A DNA stretch of 64,000 nt from Patellaria atrata CBS 101060 (GCA_010093705.1 MU006089.1:1785561-1849560); one strand, 5' to 3'. Shown: positions 12,836 to 25,600, numbered from the stretch's first letter. Translations and numbers: made by a program. Notes: generated from the sequence alone by a model not told the origin.

Positions 12836-14281
12836 TCACCTCGCAACCAACTCCACACACCTCCTCCCTTCCCTCAAAATCTCAACCCAACCGCCCCTCT
12901 CAACCCTAACAATCTTCCCATCAACACAAACCCTCCTCCACCTCCCGTTCTCTCCATCCTCCTCGAAATCAACCCTGACCCCCTCACACTCCTGATACCC
13001 GACCCTCTCGTCTTCAACATGTTTCCCCCCCTGATAAGCGAGCCCCATAACCCTCATAACCTCCTCCCCATCCATGGGTCCAAAATGCACCAGTCTCAAC
13101 GCTCCCTCCAACGGTTTCGAAGCGGGGGAAACGGTAAACGTCTTTTCGAGCTTCGCCACCAGCGTCGCGAGCACATACGCGTGTTCCGTCCGCTCCATCT
13201 CTTTCCACGTTCCCGCGCTATCGAGGACAGACACCCGGCCGCGATAGACGTGAGGCGGGCTGCCGTCGGACGGGAACAGGGCCGCCTTTGCCGCGATACC
13301 GAAGCGCTCGACGCCGTGTTTGCGATAAGCGGCGGTGTCGGAGTCGGCGACGAGGGTGGCGTGGAAGCCCCAGCTCGCGACCACGGCGCCAAATAGAATC
13401 GGGGTGCCGTCGGCGTCGGGGGATAGTTCTTCTTCGCGGGTGGCTTCGTCGACGAGGAGGCGGGCGCCGGGGGAGAAGCGGGTTTTGATGAGGGGGAGGG
13501 GACGGGGGTTTCCTTGGGCTAGAGTGGAGAGGCCGAGGGTATGGTCTGTGGTTTGGGTGGAGGAGTGCGCGAGGGCGTTGCCGGTGCCCATTGGGAGGAG
13601 AACGATCACGGGAGGGTTGTAGGAGGAGCTGTGAGGGGCGGAGAGGAGGCTGTTGATTGTGTCGAGCATGCCGCCGTCTCCGGAGAGGAGGATGATTTTC
13701 TGTGCCACGCCGGCGTTGGCACGGGGAAGCCATGTCTCGGTCGCGAGCTCGGTGACGGTCTTTGCCGATTTGGTGAAGTGGGTTAAAAAGTCGGTTCCTT
13801 CGGTTAGGTTTGCGGCGGTGAGGATGTGTTTGATGATTTCGCGGTAGAAGGGGGCTGCGAGGCCGATGCCTGAGAGGGTGGAGATGACGATGTGGATGTT
13901 TGGTTCTTTGGCATCCTTGCTGGCATTTTGTTTATGCTCTTTCTGCAATGATTCAAGGAAGTTTGCTTTGCTGAAATCGACGAATTCTTTTGGTAGACCA
14001 GTCGCGGTTATGGATTTGTAGTGCGGAACGACGACGCTCTTCTTCTTGCTATCCGCCTCCTCCGGACGATCTACATATAGGATAATATGGGAATTCGCAT
14101 TATTGGCCTTCGAAGAGATGGTTCCTATAAGACAATCTTTCTCTATTGTATCTTTAACTCCAGTGTCTTTAAGTTTATACTTCAGACGTGGACCATCTGG
14201 AGTAGTGGTAAATGTGAACTCTGCCGACTTGCCATCAACAGTGCCTTTCATGGCTTTTCCCTTGGAGTGAGAGGTCCCCAT
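12836..14281 (-). CDS. Diacylglycerol-kinase catalytic-domain protein (sphingoid-base-kinase-like)
   Basis: DAGKc motifs LLSGDGG, LPMGTGNALA and C-terminal VCVDGK; 481-aa single ORF. Confidence 0.88.
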   Translation of the reverse strand: MGTSHSKGKAMKGTVDGKSAEFTFTTTPDGPRLKYKLKDTGVKDTIEKDCLIGTISSKANNANSHIILYVDRPEEADSKKKSVVVPHYKSITATGLPKEFVDFSKANFLESLQKEHKQNASKDAKEPNIHIVISTLSGIGLAAPFYREIIKHILTAANLTEGTDFLTHFTKSAKTVTELATETWLPRANAGVAQKIILLSGDGGMLDTINSLLSAPHSSSYNPPVIVLLPMGTGNALAHSSTQTTDHTLGLSTLAQGNPRPLPLIKTRFSPGARLLVDEATREEELSPDADGTPILFGAVVASWGFHATLVADSDTAAYRKHGVERFGIAAKAALFPSDGSPPHVYRGRVSVLDSAGTWKEMERTEHAYVLATLVAKLEKTFTVSPASKPLEGALRLVHFGPMDGEEVMRVMGLAYQGGKHVEDERVGYQECEGVRVDFEEDGENGRWRRVCVDGKIVRVERGGWVEILREGRRCVELVAR

Positions 14282-15112
14282 AATTGACTTTTGTACTTGT
14301 ACTTAGAGTTGGACTTAAGAGATGAAAGAAGATGTTTGCTCAACATGGTGAAATCCATAATTGTCATTGCGCGATTACACATGTCCTTTCGTAGTTATGA
14401 TGAGAGCTACAGTGAAGTTTTGAGGACAGGCGACCAAGGGACCCCATGAAGGCAGGAATGAGGATCTTTTTCGCCGTACGGAGATGAAAGACTTACCTTG
14501 GGTAAATCATGATACGAAAACATATAACGAACTTACATTGAGCATCTGCGAATGGATAGAGAACATAAAGAAAGATAAAGTTGATACACAATTGAAAGTC
14601 GGAGAACTGATAGACCGGAATATTTTACAGGCCGAGGGGTTTTAACGGCGTGGTTGGCATCACATTGGAGAGCTTTCCAACTTGTCAAATCATCTCCTTG
14701 ATAGAAACTCATCCTCAAGAAGAAAAAAACCTCCATCGAAGCTTCATAGCAATTTCTCGAGTACACAAACTCATAGAAGGAGAATATCTCGTACCTCGTA
14801 TCGCAACGGTACCCGAAGACGGGAAAAGCCTCCACCAGTTTCGCCGCCAACTTCCTGTTTTACCTCAGCTCACGAACCTCCGCTGCAACCACAACGAACT
14901 AAAATCAGCTCCAGCTGACAAAGAACCTAACGTCGCAAACCCCTATCAAAATAACCTCAAACCCAACTCCGCAAAACCACTCACCAATCCACCTCAACAC
15001 CACCACCAAAGTCTCCATCACAATCAACAAACAAACCGCATCACCCGATCAATGCCCTCCTAACCACCACAACCCACACACTTCATCACCGCAGCCACCC
15101 TACAAAGATACG

Positions 15113-15835
15113 ATGGCCTCCGCCCTCGGCATCACCCTCGGAATCCTAGCCCTCCTCCTCCTCCTCACCTTCGCCTCCTGGGTAACATACACCCGCCTCC
15201 GTGCCCGGCGTCTTGGCCTCCCCCCACCCTCCTTAAACCCCTTCCATTCCTCCACCACCACCTCCTCCTCCTTCACGATCCCAGCCCCGGCCCCCGGCGG
15301 CATCGTCGGCTGGATAAACGACCGCGTCCGCGGATTTCGCAACCGACGCACCGCGCGGGGCGCTTATGAGAGCACGTCGGGGTACGACCTGAACGTGGGC
15401 GGGGGCCAAACAGGAACAGGAAGGGGGGGAACGGGAAGGGGAAGAGCAACACTGGACCCAGACGAGGCGTGGGATTCGCGCGTCGGGACCGAGGCGGACG
15501 CTTATGGCGAAGATGTCGAAACGGGGGGATACGGTGGCGCAGGGTCGTATGCGCAGGGGTATACGGGGTATAGCAATGCGATTCCGGTGGGCGGGGAAGA
15601 GAGGGGGAGGAGTAGGAGTAGGGAGATTGATAGGCGGTATGATGAGGTTGTGACACAGGGACCGGGACAGGGGGTCGGGAATCCGTTTGCGGATGCGGCG
15701 GAGAGGAGTGATTTGAGTTTGAGGGGCGTGAGCCCGAGACCGATTGAGACGGGGGTGGGGGCTGGGGCGAAGGGAGGGCAGGGGAAGGATGATAGTCCGA
15801 CGGAGAGGAGGAGTATGTTTAGGGAGAACGTGTGA
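15113..15835 (+). CDS. Single-pass membrane protein, conserved fungal hypothetical
   Basis: N-terminal TM helix, then RARRLGLPPPSLNPF, LDPDEAWDSRVG and C-terminal SPTERRSMFRENV; 240 aa. Confidence 0.8.
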   Translation: MASALGITLGILALLLLLTFASWVTYTRLRARRLGLPPPSLNPFHSSTTTSSSFTIPAPAPGGIVGWINDRVRGFRNRRTARGAYESTSGYDLNVGGGQTGTGRGGTGRGRATLDPDEAWDSRVGTEADAYGEDVETGGYGGAGSYAQGYTGYSNAIPVGGEERGRSRSREIDRRYDEVVTQGPGQGVGNPFADAAERSDLSLRGVSPRPIETGVGAGAKGGQGKDDSPTERRSMFRENV

Positions 15836-15987
15836 GGTGGAGAGTTGGGTTGGAGGGGACTGGGTATAGGATCAGGCTTTCTCCTTTCGAGTCTCAGGAC
15901 CTCATGAAAATTATTTGTGTGCGATATGGGTGTATGCGGTTTTTGTTTCAAGTTTTACTTACGGGGTTGATTATATGATCTGCTACT

Positions 15988-17829
15988 CTACGATTTGTCC
16001 AGCGAGAGGAGATTGTACATGTTTGTCGAAGAGGGAGATGGCGTAGACTCCACTTCTCCCTCCTTCTTAAGACCTTTCCTTCCTTTCTTCTTCTTACCCT
16101 TATGCCCTGTAAATCCCTGTTCCGAAGGTTCCTGCAATCCAAGCGCTTCAAACATTTTCGACACTCTCACACCACATTCACCTTCCCCCGACTTCCGCGT
16201 CAACTCCGGGAACAGGGTTGCCAGTTCAGGCATGTCCCCGAGTTGAGTTTGAAGGGGTTTCAAGGCGCTGATCAGCCGTTCATCGAGGCTGTTTTGAGCT
16301 GTGATGAAGACATCAACAGATTGCCGCAGCATCCGAAGAGAATACAAATACGCCTGAACCCGCGCATACAGATGAAGTACACTCCAGCCTACACCGACAG
16401 CCCTTCCTGACAAAACGGCCTCGATATCACACACCGGCGGCAGTGATTTATTCTCTTCCAGCAAAGAGCGCAGGACCTCCAACAACCCGAGAGCCCGCCA
16501 CGCGACTGGAGTTGCGTAGTCTTTGAAATCGCCTAGAGTGGTGGCGATGGTTTCGGAAAGGGCTGAACAGCTTGATACTGTTTCTTCGAGTGTGAAAGGG
16601 ACGTATTCGGTCCTAGATATGCGCTGGCCTTTTCTGAAGTGTTCGTGGACGCGAGACGCGGGGTTTGGGGTTAGTGAGTATAGGAGGTGACGGATTGGAG
16701 TGCCCATAGCCCATGCAGCAGCTTTGTCTGGGTCTTCGATGAGGAAGGGGAGGTAGATGTCATACTCGGCGAAGGAGACATGAGCGTCTGCCTTGTGAGG
16801 GGGGGATCTCGTGTGAGGCAGGATTTGTAGTATATATTCTGAAATCCTGGGATCAAGTCTTTTGAGCAATGGTTCTATATCTGGTTGTAACCCATTAGGT
16901 ATATCAATCAGATAATTTTGCTCAAAGTTTGAAAAGGATGCTTCAGCTTCATCTACAGATCTCGATGCGTTAATAAGACTAACGAAACTCTTCCCTGGGT
17001 CTTCGGAAAGAGTAAAAGCCAGTGGAAGGAGTCGTTTTAATCCAAGACGGCTGGCGATGCTACTTGTCTGATATGCTACACCTTTAAGTATAGATGCAGT
17101 GGAGTGGTTTGTTGATGTAAGATCATCAAAGAAGATTACAGATCCTCGACCTCGTAAGTCATATACAAGAAGATCCGAGTCACTGGTTAGGATAATGCCG
17201 CCATCCTGAAAGACAGTAGCAGCGCAGAAGTTATCTGCCTCTCCAGATACCACTTCTGTGACGGCGGAAAAGCTGCTATTTGAAAGACATTCGATGACAG
17301 CAGGTACCAGAAAAGGTGGTGCCGGTAGATCATTCGATTTTCGAAGCAGTAGGTCTGACAACTGTACAGGATTCATCAATGAATATGCACTACGATCACT
17401 ATTTAAAGTCTTGATTTTAACCAATTTAGATCTATAATCTTCTAAACGAGAGATTCTTGTAGGCTTCTTGCTCTCCGGTAAGAAGCCGTCGAAGAAAATG
17501 TGTGCACTTCAAGAGTTCGGTGAGCAGTGAGCAGTGAGCAGGGCCATGACGATGGGAACAACGCCAACTCACATTTCTAGGTCGAACGATTGCAATGATT
17601 CAAGCCATAATATCACTGCCGTGCCGAGCTCCTGATAAGACGGGGCCGCCTCGGAGCGGTTCTCCGATCTCGACTTAGATGATCTAAGCTGATGGTAAAT
17701 AAAATAGGCCAGTCCAGGACCATCTACGATGACTCTTCTCGAGTATGAGTTCTCACTGGTTTGACCGGAGATGAACTGTACAGGAGAAGCATACGGTTCT
17801 AAGTGGGAGCGCAATTTAGGAACGCCCAT
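15988..17829 (-). CDS. Asteroid-like XPG/PIN-domain nuclease-family protein (exons 17829-17573, 17506-15988)
   Basis: MGVPKL start, VIVDGPGLAY, IFFDGFLP, GEADNFCA and ILTSDSDLLVYD acidic motifs of the FEN1/XPG fold; basic NLS-like tail KKKKGRK; intron 17507-17572. Confidence 0.88.
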
Positions 17830-18409
17830 GGTGGTCAACTCTACCTGTCGCTCCAGATTACTATAATGTTGTAGGCTTAAGTTTTTCAAGGAGCGATTGA
17901 AGTTTTAAAGCGACCAAGCTCTTGCCAGTTCGTCCTGTTAACCATAAAAGAGTCGATTCTTAAAACAAAGATAGTACCGAGATTTCCGCTCGAAGCTAGT
18001 AAGGTGTTGCATTCGGCATTCCGGTATATAGCGTACCTCTAAACTATACAGTTCTTTTACATATGAGAGAGTCAACGGCCGTATTTTGTTGTCATCACTT
18101 ATGAGACCGCATTTTCAAGAGAGGATAGGGTTGCTCGTATTGTAGCGACTACGAATTCTCTATTCATCCACAATACACCGCGCTGAAATTCCAGGACGGG
18201 GAGGGTTTTGGGTATTTGACTATGATTCTGTGATACTGCAAACTTTGCATGAATGCTGATTCTTTGACCGTAAATTGACGTCGTTTGGGGATCGGATTGA
18301 TTTCCAGCCGGGGGGTAAGTCGAACAAACGGAAGATAATCCGAACGGTACACAGGGCATACTAAGCTACGTTTGAAAATGGTTAGCTTCGTCTTTAGGCG
18401 AATGGTACC

Positions 18410-18518
18410 TTTTTTTTTGACTTGACTTTTTGACTTTTGACTTTTTGACTTTTTGACTTTTTGACTTTTTGACTTTTTGACTTTTTGACTTTTGACTCTT
18501 GACTTATGACTCTTGACT
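18410..18518. repeat. Degenerate 7-8-bp tandem repeat (TTTTTGAC)n, about 14 TGAC cores
   Basis: Directly visible: ttttgactttttgactttttgac... Confidence 0.95.
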
Positions 18519-19235
18519 GTTGAGATATTTTGACAGACAGCTGCCTGAAACCACATCAGTTGCAAGTCATCTTCCGGAATCCGTTGTATTTGTACGATAG
18601 TGTCATTTATAGTTAGTGACGGGAAATGTTTAAGGAGTAAAATGCAGGAAAGAAGGCTTGGCAGCTCTTAAAGGCGGGCGAGTTGAGCGCGTGGCTTGAT
18701 GCTTTACCCTGTTGACATCTTGGTGCTAATTCTGGCATGAATAATGTCGTTCCTCCTTGTTGCGGAGATGAGAGATGTTCCTTCCCTGTCCATCAACATC
18801 AAACGCGTGCCTGCCTTGACCATCGCCATCCCATTTTGGAACCCTATGGTAATTTCATCTTCAGCTTTCCCGTTTCCTGCTTTTTCAACAGCACAACAAA
18901 ATAATATTCAGCTGTATTCTTCACCCAACCTCAAACCTGTTGTTGTTTTCGCTCCTTTCCCTTCCCTTTTGAACCCCACCCAATCCCACGTCTGACCACA
19001 CACTTCTGAAACCTAATTGGCCCTCAACAAACTTATTCTTGGACCCGGACAATTAGGACATTCGATCTAAGATTCCGAACTTCAATAACCAGGAATGTGG
19101 ATAGAGCCTTGCGGAAGGGATACAATTAATAACCAGGGACACAGCCAAAAGAGCAGCAAGCCTTGCACGCGGTAATAGCCACGTCCTCCCTCGGTTAAAC
19201 AAACGTCGAAAAAACACGCTCATGGTTGATCGGGC

Positions 19236-21773
19236 ATGTTAAGAAAAGGTTCGCGCGACGGGGGAGGATCCGGAGAGAATGTATACGAGACGCAAAGCCC
19301 TACATCTCAATTACAGCCTTGGGAGTCTATCGGTTCACTTAAAACGCGAAAGGAGACAAATGGAATCACGTCTATTCCTTCGGAGCAATACGAAACTAAG
19401 CTGAACCCATCCACCTACCATAATATCCCTCTGTCGTATGCACCTATCGACCCACCAGAATTCGATACACCTCACTCATCACCTACATTGCACCGAAAAT
19501 TAGGCCTTCGTGATAACAGCGATAACGACAGCATCACCATCCCCGGACACGTTGAGAGATTGCCAACCCCACCGCCACACATACCACTAAGGAAAGAGTC
19601 CTCAAAACGTTTAAGGTTGAATAACGTACCTCCAAGCTCTCCCTTGAACGAGAATAGCCGACCCAGAGCGGAACAATCACCGAGGCCGTCAATTCAACAT
19701 AATCATTCGCAACATCACAGTCCTTCGCCTCGCCAGGATACGGATCTCAGTTATTCCCCACATCCGTCGCCTGTAGGATTGAGGAGTCACAAAGAGCGGT
19801 CGATCTCCCCTTCCCCGTCCAGGAGGCATAGGGGACTGACTGCGGCGTCAGATGCACCCTCACCGCGTATCCTTCCAGTAAGACCACTTAGGACAACGAC
19901 ATCTATACCAAGTTTAGTCTCCTATGGCAACATGAGTCCTGTAGGAGGGTCTTATAGGTCACAATCAGTTCGAGATAGCTATCAAGCGTCTCTTCGCCGT
20001 GAGCCTGGACCGAGGCGGGACGGCCATTTTGAAGAGGTGCGCACAAGCTACCGCTCTGCTTTTACAACAACCACAGCTTCTTCCGCTTATCTTGATGGAA
20101 CGAACACGGAGCGTAGTAGTATCGCTACCAAAGCTACCTCGACAAGTGACTTTGTCACAGCAACACCGATCTATTCCGAAGCTGAGGATGATAGTATGAG
20201 CCTTGATGATGTCCTAGGCATGTATGAAGATGGATTCGTCGACGAAGAGGTGGTCAGGCATAGTGATATGACAGTTGATGAGGGATACGCGTCACAATCT
20301 ACACAAAGCACAAAAGAAGAGCTTCCCTGTCGGCCACTCACCCGGAGATACTCAGCTAGTATTCTGGAAACGCGGCTCTCTAGCTATAATAATCCCCCAG
20401 AAGTTCCACCAAAATTACCTCCAAAGCCCGGTTTAATAAAAGCAGAGCCTGTGGTCCGTTCTTCTACACAGATCATGGCCGGCCGTGGGATGACTCCGGA
20501 CGCATCGTTACCAATTCCCAGAGACCGTTATGGATTCAAGAAGCGTAGTCAAAACATCACCGTAGAGGAGTATGACAAGTGGAACGGACCTTACACGGAA
20601 TATCTGGAAAGGCGTAAGGTAAAGTGGGTTGCATTGATGAAGCAGTACGGGCTGTCAACGGAAAACCCGATCAGATTTCCTCCAAAATCTGATAAGGTCA
20701 AGCGATTCATCCGGAAAGGTGTCCCACCGGAATGGAGGGGAAATGCATGGTTTTGGTATGCAGGAGGTCCAGCTCTGCTCGCCCGTCATCATGGTCTATA
20801 TTGGGACCTGATTGAACGAGTCCATAACGGGGAAGTCAGCGATACGGATAGAGATGCCATCGAACGGGATCTTAACCGGACGTTCCCCGATAACATCAAA
20901 TTCAAACCAGATCTACCCATGTCAAGTCGCCAAAGCTCAGGTTTTCCAGCGGATCTGAAAGCTGATTCGGAAACACCGATTTTGCGCGCCCTTCGTCGAG
21001 TTCTCCAGGCCTTTGCTATCCATAATCCACATATCGGATATTGTCAATCGCTCAACTTCCTGGCTGGATTTCTCCTTCTATTCTTAGACGAAGATGAAGA
21101 GAAAGCATTTATAATGCTCAACAAAATGACAAATATTTACCTACCAGGTACTCACGGACGTGTCCTCGAAGCCAACATCGACATCGGAGTGCTCATGAGT
21201 TGCGTCCGGGAGTCAATGCCAGCAATTTGGGCCAAGATCGATGATACTGAGGACATTGCCGCATCAACCGGAAGCTCACGCTCTTCAGGCCCTGCGCGAC
21301 TCCCCACTGTGTCCCTCTCGACGACAGCATGGTTCATGTCATGTTTCCTGGGCAGTTTACCGATTGAGACTGTCGTCAGGGTCTGGGATACACTGTTCTA
21401 CGAAGGCTCCAGAACACTTTTCCGCATCGCACTGGCTATCTTCAAACTCGGCGAGCCCGAAATTCGTGCCGTCCACGATAACTCTGAGGTATTCCAGATT
21501 GTTCAGACGATACCGCGCAAACTTATCGACGCAAATATATTGATGCAGACGTGTTTCAGGCGCAGAAATGGATTTGGTCATATTAGCCAAGAGACCATTG
21601 AGGCTAAGAGGGCTCAACGAAGGAAGATGTTCGCGGAAGATGCAAACAAAACAGTTGCGAAGCATAGTCCAAAGAGGTCCCGCGATGCGAGGACTGTGGA
21701 CGTTCAAAAGGATCCTGCTCCAAAATCTAGATTTAAGAGATCGATATCAAGAAAACGGGGAAAACTGGTCTAA
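19236..21773 (+). CDS. TBC-domain Rab GTPase-activating protein (Msb3/Gyp3-like)
   Basis: RDRYGF, KRFIRKGVPPEWRGNAW, Arg finger IERDLNRTFP, Gln finger GYCQSLNF, VVRVWDTLFYEG; long Ser/Pro-rich N-terminus. Confidence 0.92.
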   Translation: MLRKGSRDGGGSGENVYETQSPTSQLQPWESIGSLKTRKETNGITSIPSEQYETKLNPSTYHNIPLSYAPIDPPEFDTPHSSPTLHRKLGLRDNSDNDSITIPGHVERLPTPPPHIPLRKESSKRLRLNNVPPSSPLNENSRPRAEQSPRPSIQHNHSQHHSPSPRQDTDLSYSPHPSPVGLRSHKERSISPSPSRRHRGLTAASDAPSPRILPVRPLRTTTSIPSLVSYGNMSPVGGSYRSQSVRDSYQASLRREPGPRRDGHFEEVRTSYRSAFTTTTASSAYLDGTNTERSSIATKATSTSDFVTATPIYSEAEDDSMSLDDVLGMYEDGFVDEEVVRHSDMTVDEGYASQSTQSTKEELPCRPLTRRYSASILETRLSSYNNPPEVPPKLPPKPGLIKAEPVVRSSTQIMAGRGMTPDASLPIPRDRYGFKKRSQNITVEEYDKWNGPYTEYLERRKVKWVALMKQYGLSTENPIRFPPKSDKVKRFIRKGVPPEWRGNAWFWYAGGPALLARHHGLYWDLIERVHNGEVSDTDRDAIERDLNRTFPDNIKFKPDLPMSSRQSSGFPADLKADSETPILRALRRVLQAFAIHNPHIGYCQSLNFLAGFLLLFLDEDEEKAFIMLNKMTNIYLPGTHGRVLEANIDIGVLMSCVRESMPAIWAKIDDTEDIAASTGSSRSSGPARLPTVSLSTTAWFMSCFLGSLPIETVVRVWDTLFYEGSRTLFRIALAIFKLGEPEIRAVHDNSEVFQIVQTIPRKLIDANILMQTCFRRRNGFGHISQETIEAKRAQRRKMFAEDANKTVAKHSPKRSRDARTVDVQKDPAPKSRFKRSISRKRGKLV

Positions 21774-22604
21774 GTGCAGAGCTAGACATTAGATGGTTGT
21801 AAGAATATTACCTACATAACTCTGCATGGGCTCGGCGTTAAAAGGCGGCATATATCTGGGTAGCCTACAAAGCATCAGGTGATGGGATTATGTATTATAC
21901 TAGCATACGAAAAATAACAATGACATGAGCTTTTTGAGCAAGCCATTTTTTTTTTTTTTTCTCTTGTGCTTCTTGTTAGCGATAAGCTTGGTGTTGGGAT
22001 ACCAGTGCAGTGTGCAAAACAAGCACCACCGTTGACCCCTGCATACCTAAGTAAGTACTTTAGGGTTATTTCTAGATTTATTCTCCGGAGGTGTAAAGTA
22101 GTACTTTAAGAGTATGCGATTATACCTTAAATGCATGCCGCGTGATGCCATTGACGCGAGCCAAGCGTGCTGCTTGTCGTTGTGCGGCATACTTTTCTTT
22201 CCGCAACAGGGGATATGTATGGCCCTGTTGTACTCCGTTGAAGACTATCTTCTATACCTGCGGACTCGTATATCAGAGGAGCATATCACAAGACGGGTTG
22301 TACTACAACTCTACAGCATATCCTCTCCCCTTTATATATCGTGGCCGTTCCTGAACGCGTAGTAAGAGCTGCAGCATGCAAAATCTACTGTTCCTCAAAC
22401 GTCATCCTTCAGAACAACCTAAACACCGCCGGATCTATTAGCTTCCATACTCCGCTTTCAGTGTCTCTTTGAATGTTGTTAACACCGCGAACTTTCGACC
22501 TCGCTCGTACACCTGATAAGGGTAAAATACTTCCAGGATCGCCCTTTTTACGCAGTGCTCTTACATGGGATGAGCAACTCGCTAAGCAACAACACCGCGA
22601 GAAG

Positions 22605-25600
22605 ATGTTGTTGATACATCAAGTTGGAAGCGTCAAGGTGGGGGAACTAGTAAGGTAAGAAGAGATTTATGACAGAATAACGCGAGTTTCATGGATCCTA
22701 AACTAATCATAAACAAATAGGTACACTTTAACATACACGCCATCCGCAGACCGCATACTCCCTTCTCCATCCTACCTCCATGTGAAGATCAAGAATACTT
22801 CCGCTATCCCTCTTCGTGCAGCCTACCTCCATGGCCCATATACTGTACATGTCGCCGCATACCCATCCACCTTCACCCCTAATCGGAAGGTCGAGAATCC
22901 ACGCCGCGAGGGTGTCCCACATTTTGAGCCCAATCTCAAAGCGGGCGGATCATGGACGTGCCGGCTCGTTGTTCCAGAGGACATGAGAGAAAGTGGAGCG
23001 AGGGAGGCGATTCAGAATGGTGAGGAAGAGCCGAAGTCCGTCACCTGGATCATAGAAGTAACATCCCAAATCATATTCTCGAGTTCTGCATCCGTGCACT
23101 TCGAACTTTTGGTGGGACGAGACGAAAAGTCTTTGGATATGGGATTTGCTGCAATAACTGGTCAAGGACATGGAGCTCCGGGACAGCTTAGAGATCATCA
23201 ACAATCTGGGCATGGTATCGACAGACACCATCCCTCAAATTCAAAGGGGGTGTTTTCAAAGGCGATACGCTTAGTGGTGGATGATACGACAAGCCTCTGG
23301 AATACACCCGAGCTCCCGAAATGTGAGCATGACAGTGAAAACGAGACGCAAAGACATAACAGCGCGCAACGGGTTCCGTCTAGCAATCCTGAGGCACCGG
23401 GAAAGCGTAAACGTGTCCATCTAGTAGTATTAACGCATGGGTTACACAGTAATCTTGGAGCGGATATGCTTTACCTAAAGGAAAGCATAGATGCTACTGC
23501 AAAACAAGCTCGTCAAGCTCCCAGAGAAAGACGAAAAACGGAAACGAAAAACGGAAAGAAAGAAGCTAGTGTCGGGGATCGATACGGATCAGACACGCCT
23601 CAAGGAACATCAACTGCTCCTCTATCCGGTGGCCAAGAGGACGTCGATGAAGATGTTGACGGGAATAATGACGATGAAGAAGTCGTTGTTAGAGGTTTCA
23701 CCGGTAATGCCATCAAGACGGAGCGAGGTATTCAGTATCTGGGGAAGAGATTAGCAAGATTCGTTCTCGAATTAACGTATCCTGATCAATCATTCTTACC
23801 GGTCAAGACTTCAATGTCCAAGAAGCTTTCTAACTCTTTATCCACTTCAACAAGGGAAAAGACTAAACCTGAGGGCATTCCCGCACACGCCGGGAGTACA
23901 ATACATAAGCACGACCACAAAATCGAGAGATGTGGATACACATACACAAGCATTAGCTTCATTGGCCATAGTCTTGGGGGGCTCGTACAAACATATGCGA
24001 TAGCTTACATCTACAAGCACTCTCCGGAATTCTTTGAGAAGATCAAACCAATCAACTTCATCGCTCTTGCCACCCCATTCCTAGGTCTCAGCAATGAGAA
24101 CCCCATGTATGTCAAGTTCGCCCTAGATTTTGGACTTGTTGGACGTACTGGTCAAGACCTTGGATTAACCTGGAGAGGACCTGCTATTGCAAGGAGCGGC
24201 TGGAGCGCGATGGTAAGCGGATTGGGCACTAAATCAAAAGAACAGAGACAGCCGGATCCAAGATCGAAACCCTTACTCCGTATTCTCCCTACTGGACCGG
24301 CACATCAGGTATTGAGAATGTTTCGAAATCGTACATTGTATTCAAACGTTGTCAATGATGGCATTGTACCTTTACGTACCAGCTGCCTTCTCTTCTTAGA
24401 TTGGCGCGGCTTAGAGAAAGTGGAAAAGGCTAGGAGAGAGAACGGTTTGATTGGCACCATGATGGGATGGGGTTGGGCTGAAATGATGGGTCAAAACTCG
24501 TCGCCAAACCCATCTAGATTAAGTCTAAGTGTTGCGGACAATGAAAGTAGAGTTAGTAGTGATGGCACTACAACACCTACGTTAACAGAACACGATACAA
24601 CCGTCCCTCAGCCATCCGATGACGCTTCGATTGCTGATGATGAGTCACAGATCGCCGCAGGACCTTCGGAGCATCAATTTCTCAGACAACAAGGTGATGG
24701 TACCCTACTTTCTCAGAAGACTGAAAGCACAAGTACACTAGACGGCTTCTTCAATTTCTTCAGGCCTGGGAGTGCTATCTCCAGTAAGGACAGTAAAATG
24801 TATAGGAGGAGTCAAACTATAAAATCTTCCACAGATGACGCTACCTCTAATGACAGCCAGTCACCACACCTATCTTCGCCCGACTCAGCGAAACGCCCAC
24901 GAGCCACGCGAGGGGATTCTGTTCTAGGGGACCCTTCGAATCCTCATGCTCCCCCCAGGACAAATTTCTTCGAATCAGCCGCAGATTTACTCAACCCTCC
25001 AATTCCTGACATGAACTTCATCATCGATCCCTCAAAACGTCCACGAACCATTTTCCACGACAGGGTATATCATCCTGAAGATATTCCCCCGCCGCCAGCT
25101 AAGCGACCATCTCGACTTGGTCGGTCTTTCTCCAGTGACGTGAGTACTTCTACGAGTTCAGCACATTCGGAAGACTCTGTTGGAAATGGCGACAGTGGAG
25201 GTATGAGAGTAGAGGAAAAAATCGCTCGTGCTTACCACAAAGATCTCTCATGGCGCAAGGTCCTTGTCCGTCTGGAACCGGATGCACATAATAATTTGAT
25301 CGTCAGACGTATGTTTGCCAATGCATATGGATGGCCGGTCGTCAAACATCTTTGTGATACGCATTTTGCGGACACTTACGCTGCTCGGACACGAGATGAA
25401 CTGGAACCGTCCATGGATAGGGTCAAAGGAGTCGAAGCAGGTGTCGGGAAGGGTGGTGAGAAGGTCGAAGGTCAAACCGAGCGCAATTCACCCAAGCGGA
25501 CAGATAGCGAGATGCGGGAGTTGGCAGACGAACTCGCCCCATTGCGAAATTCTAGGGAAGAGACAGGTAGTGGTTCGGCGCGACACAGTTTACGCAGGGA

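Noticed and set aside
11686..14287. Many antisense and alternative-frame ORFs over UBC6 and the DAG-kinase gene (likewise over 6213-7306, 15273-15951, 27430-28013, 45071-45775)
   Set aside because: Shadow ORFs caused by high GC and skewed codon use; no recognisable motifs.
18164..18565. 133-aa ORF with KSQKVK repeats
   Set aside because: Translation of the TTTTTGAC minisatellite, with a non-ATG start.
22060..22068. TTAGGGTTA, telomerase-template-like on the minus strand
   Set aside because: The intergenic space is only ~830 nt and the RNA would run antisense into the TBC gene; a 9-mer is expected by chance.
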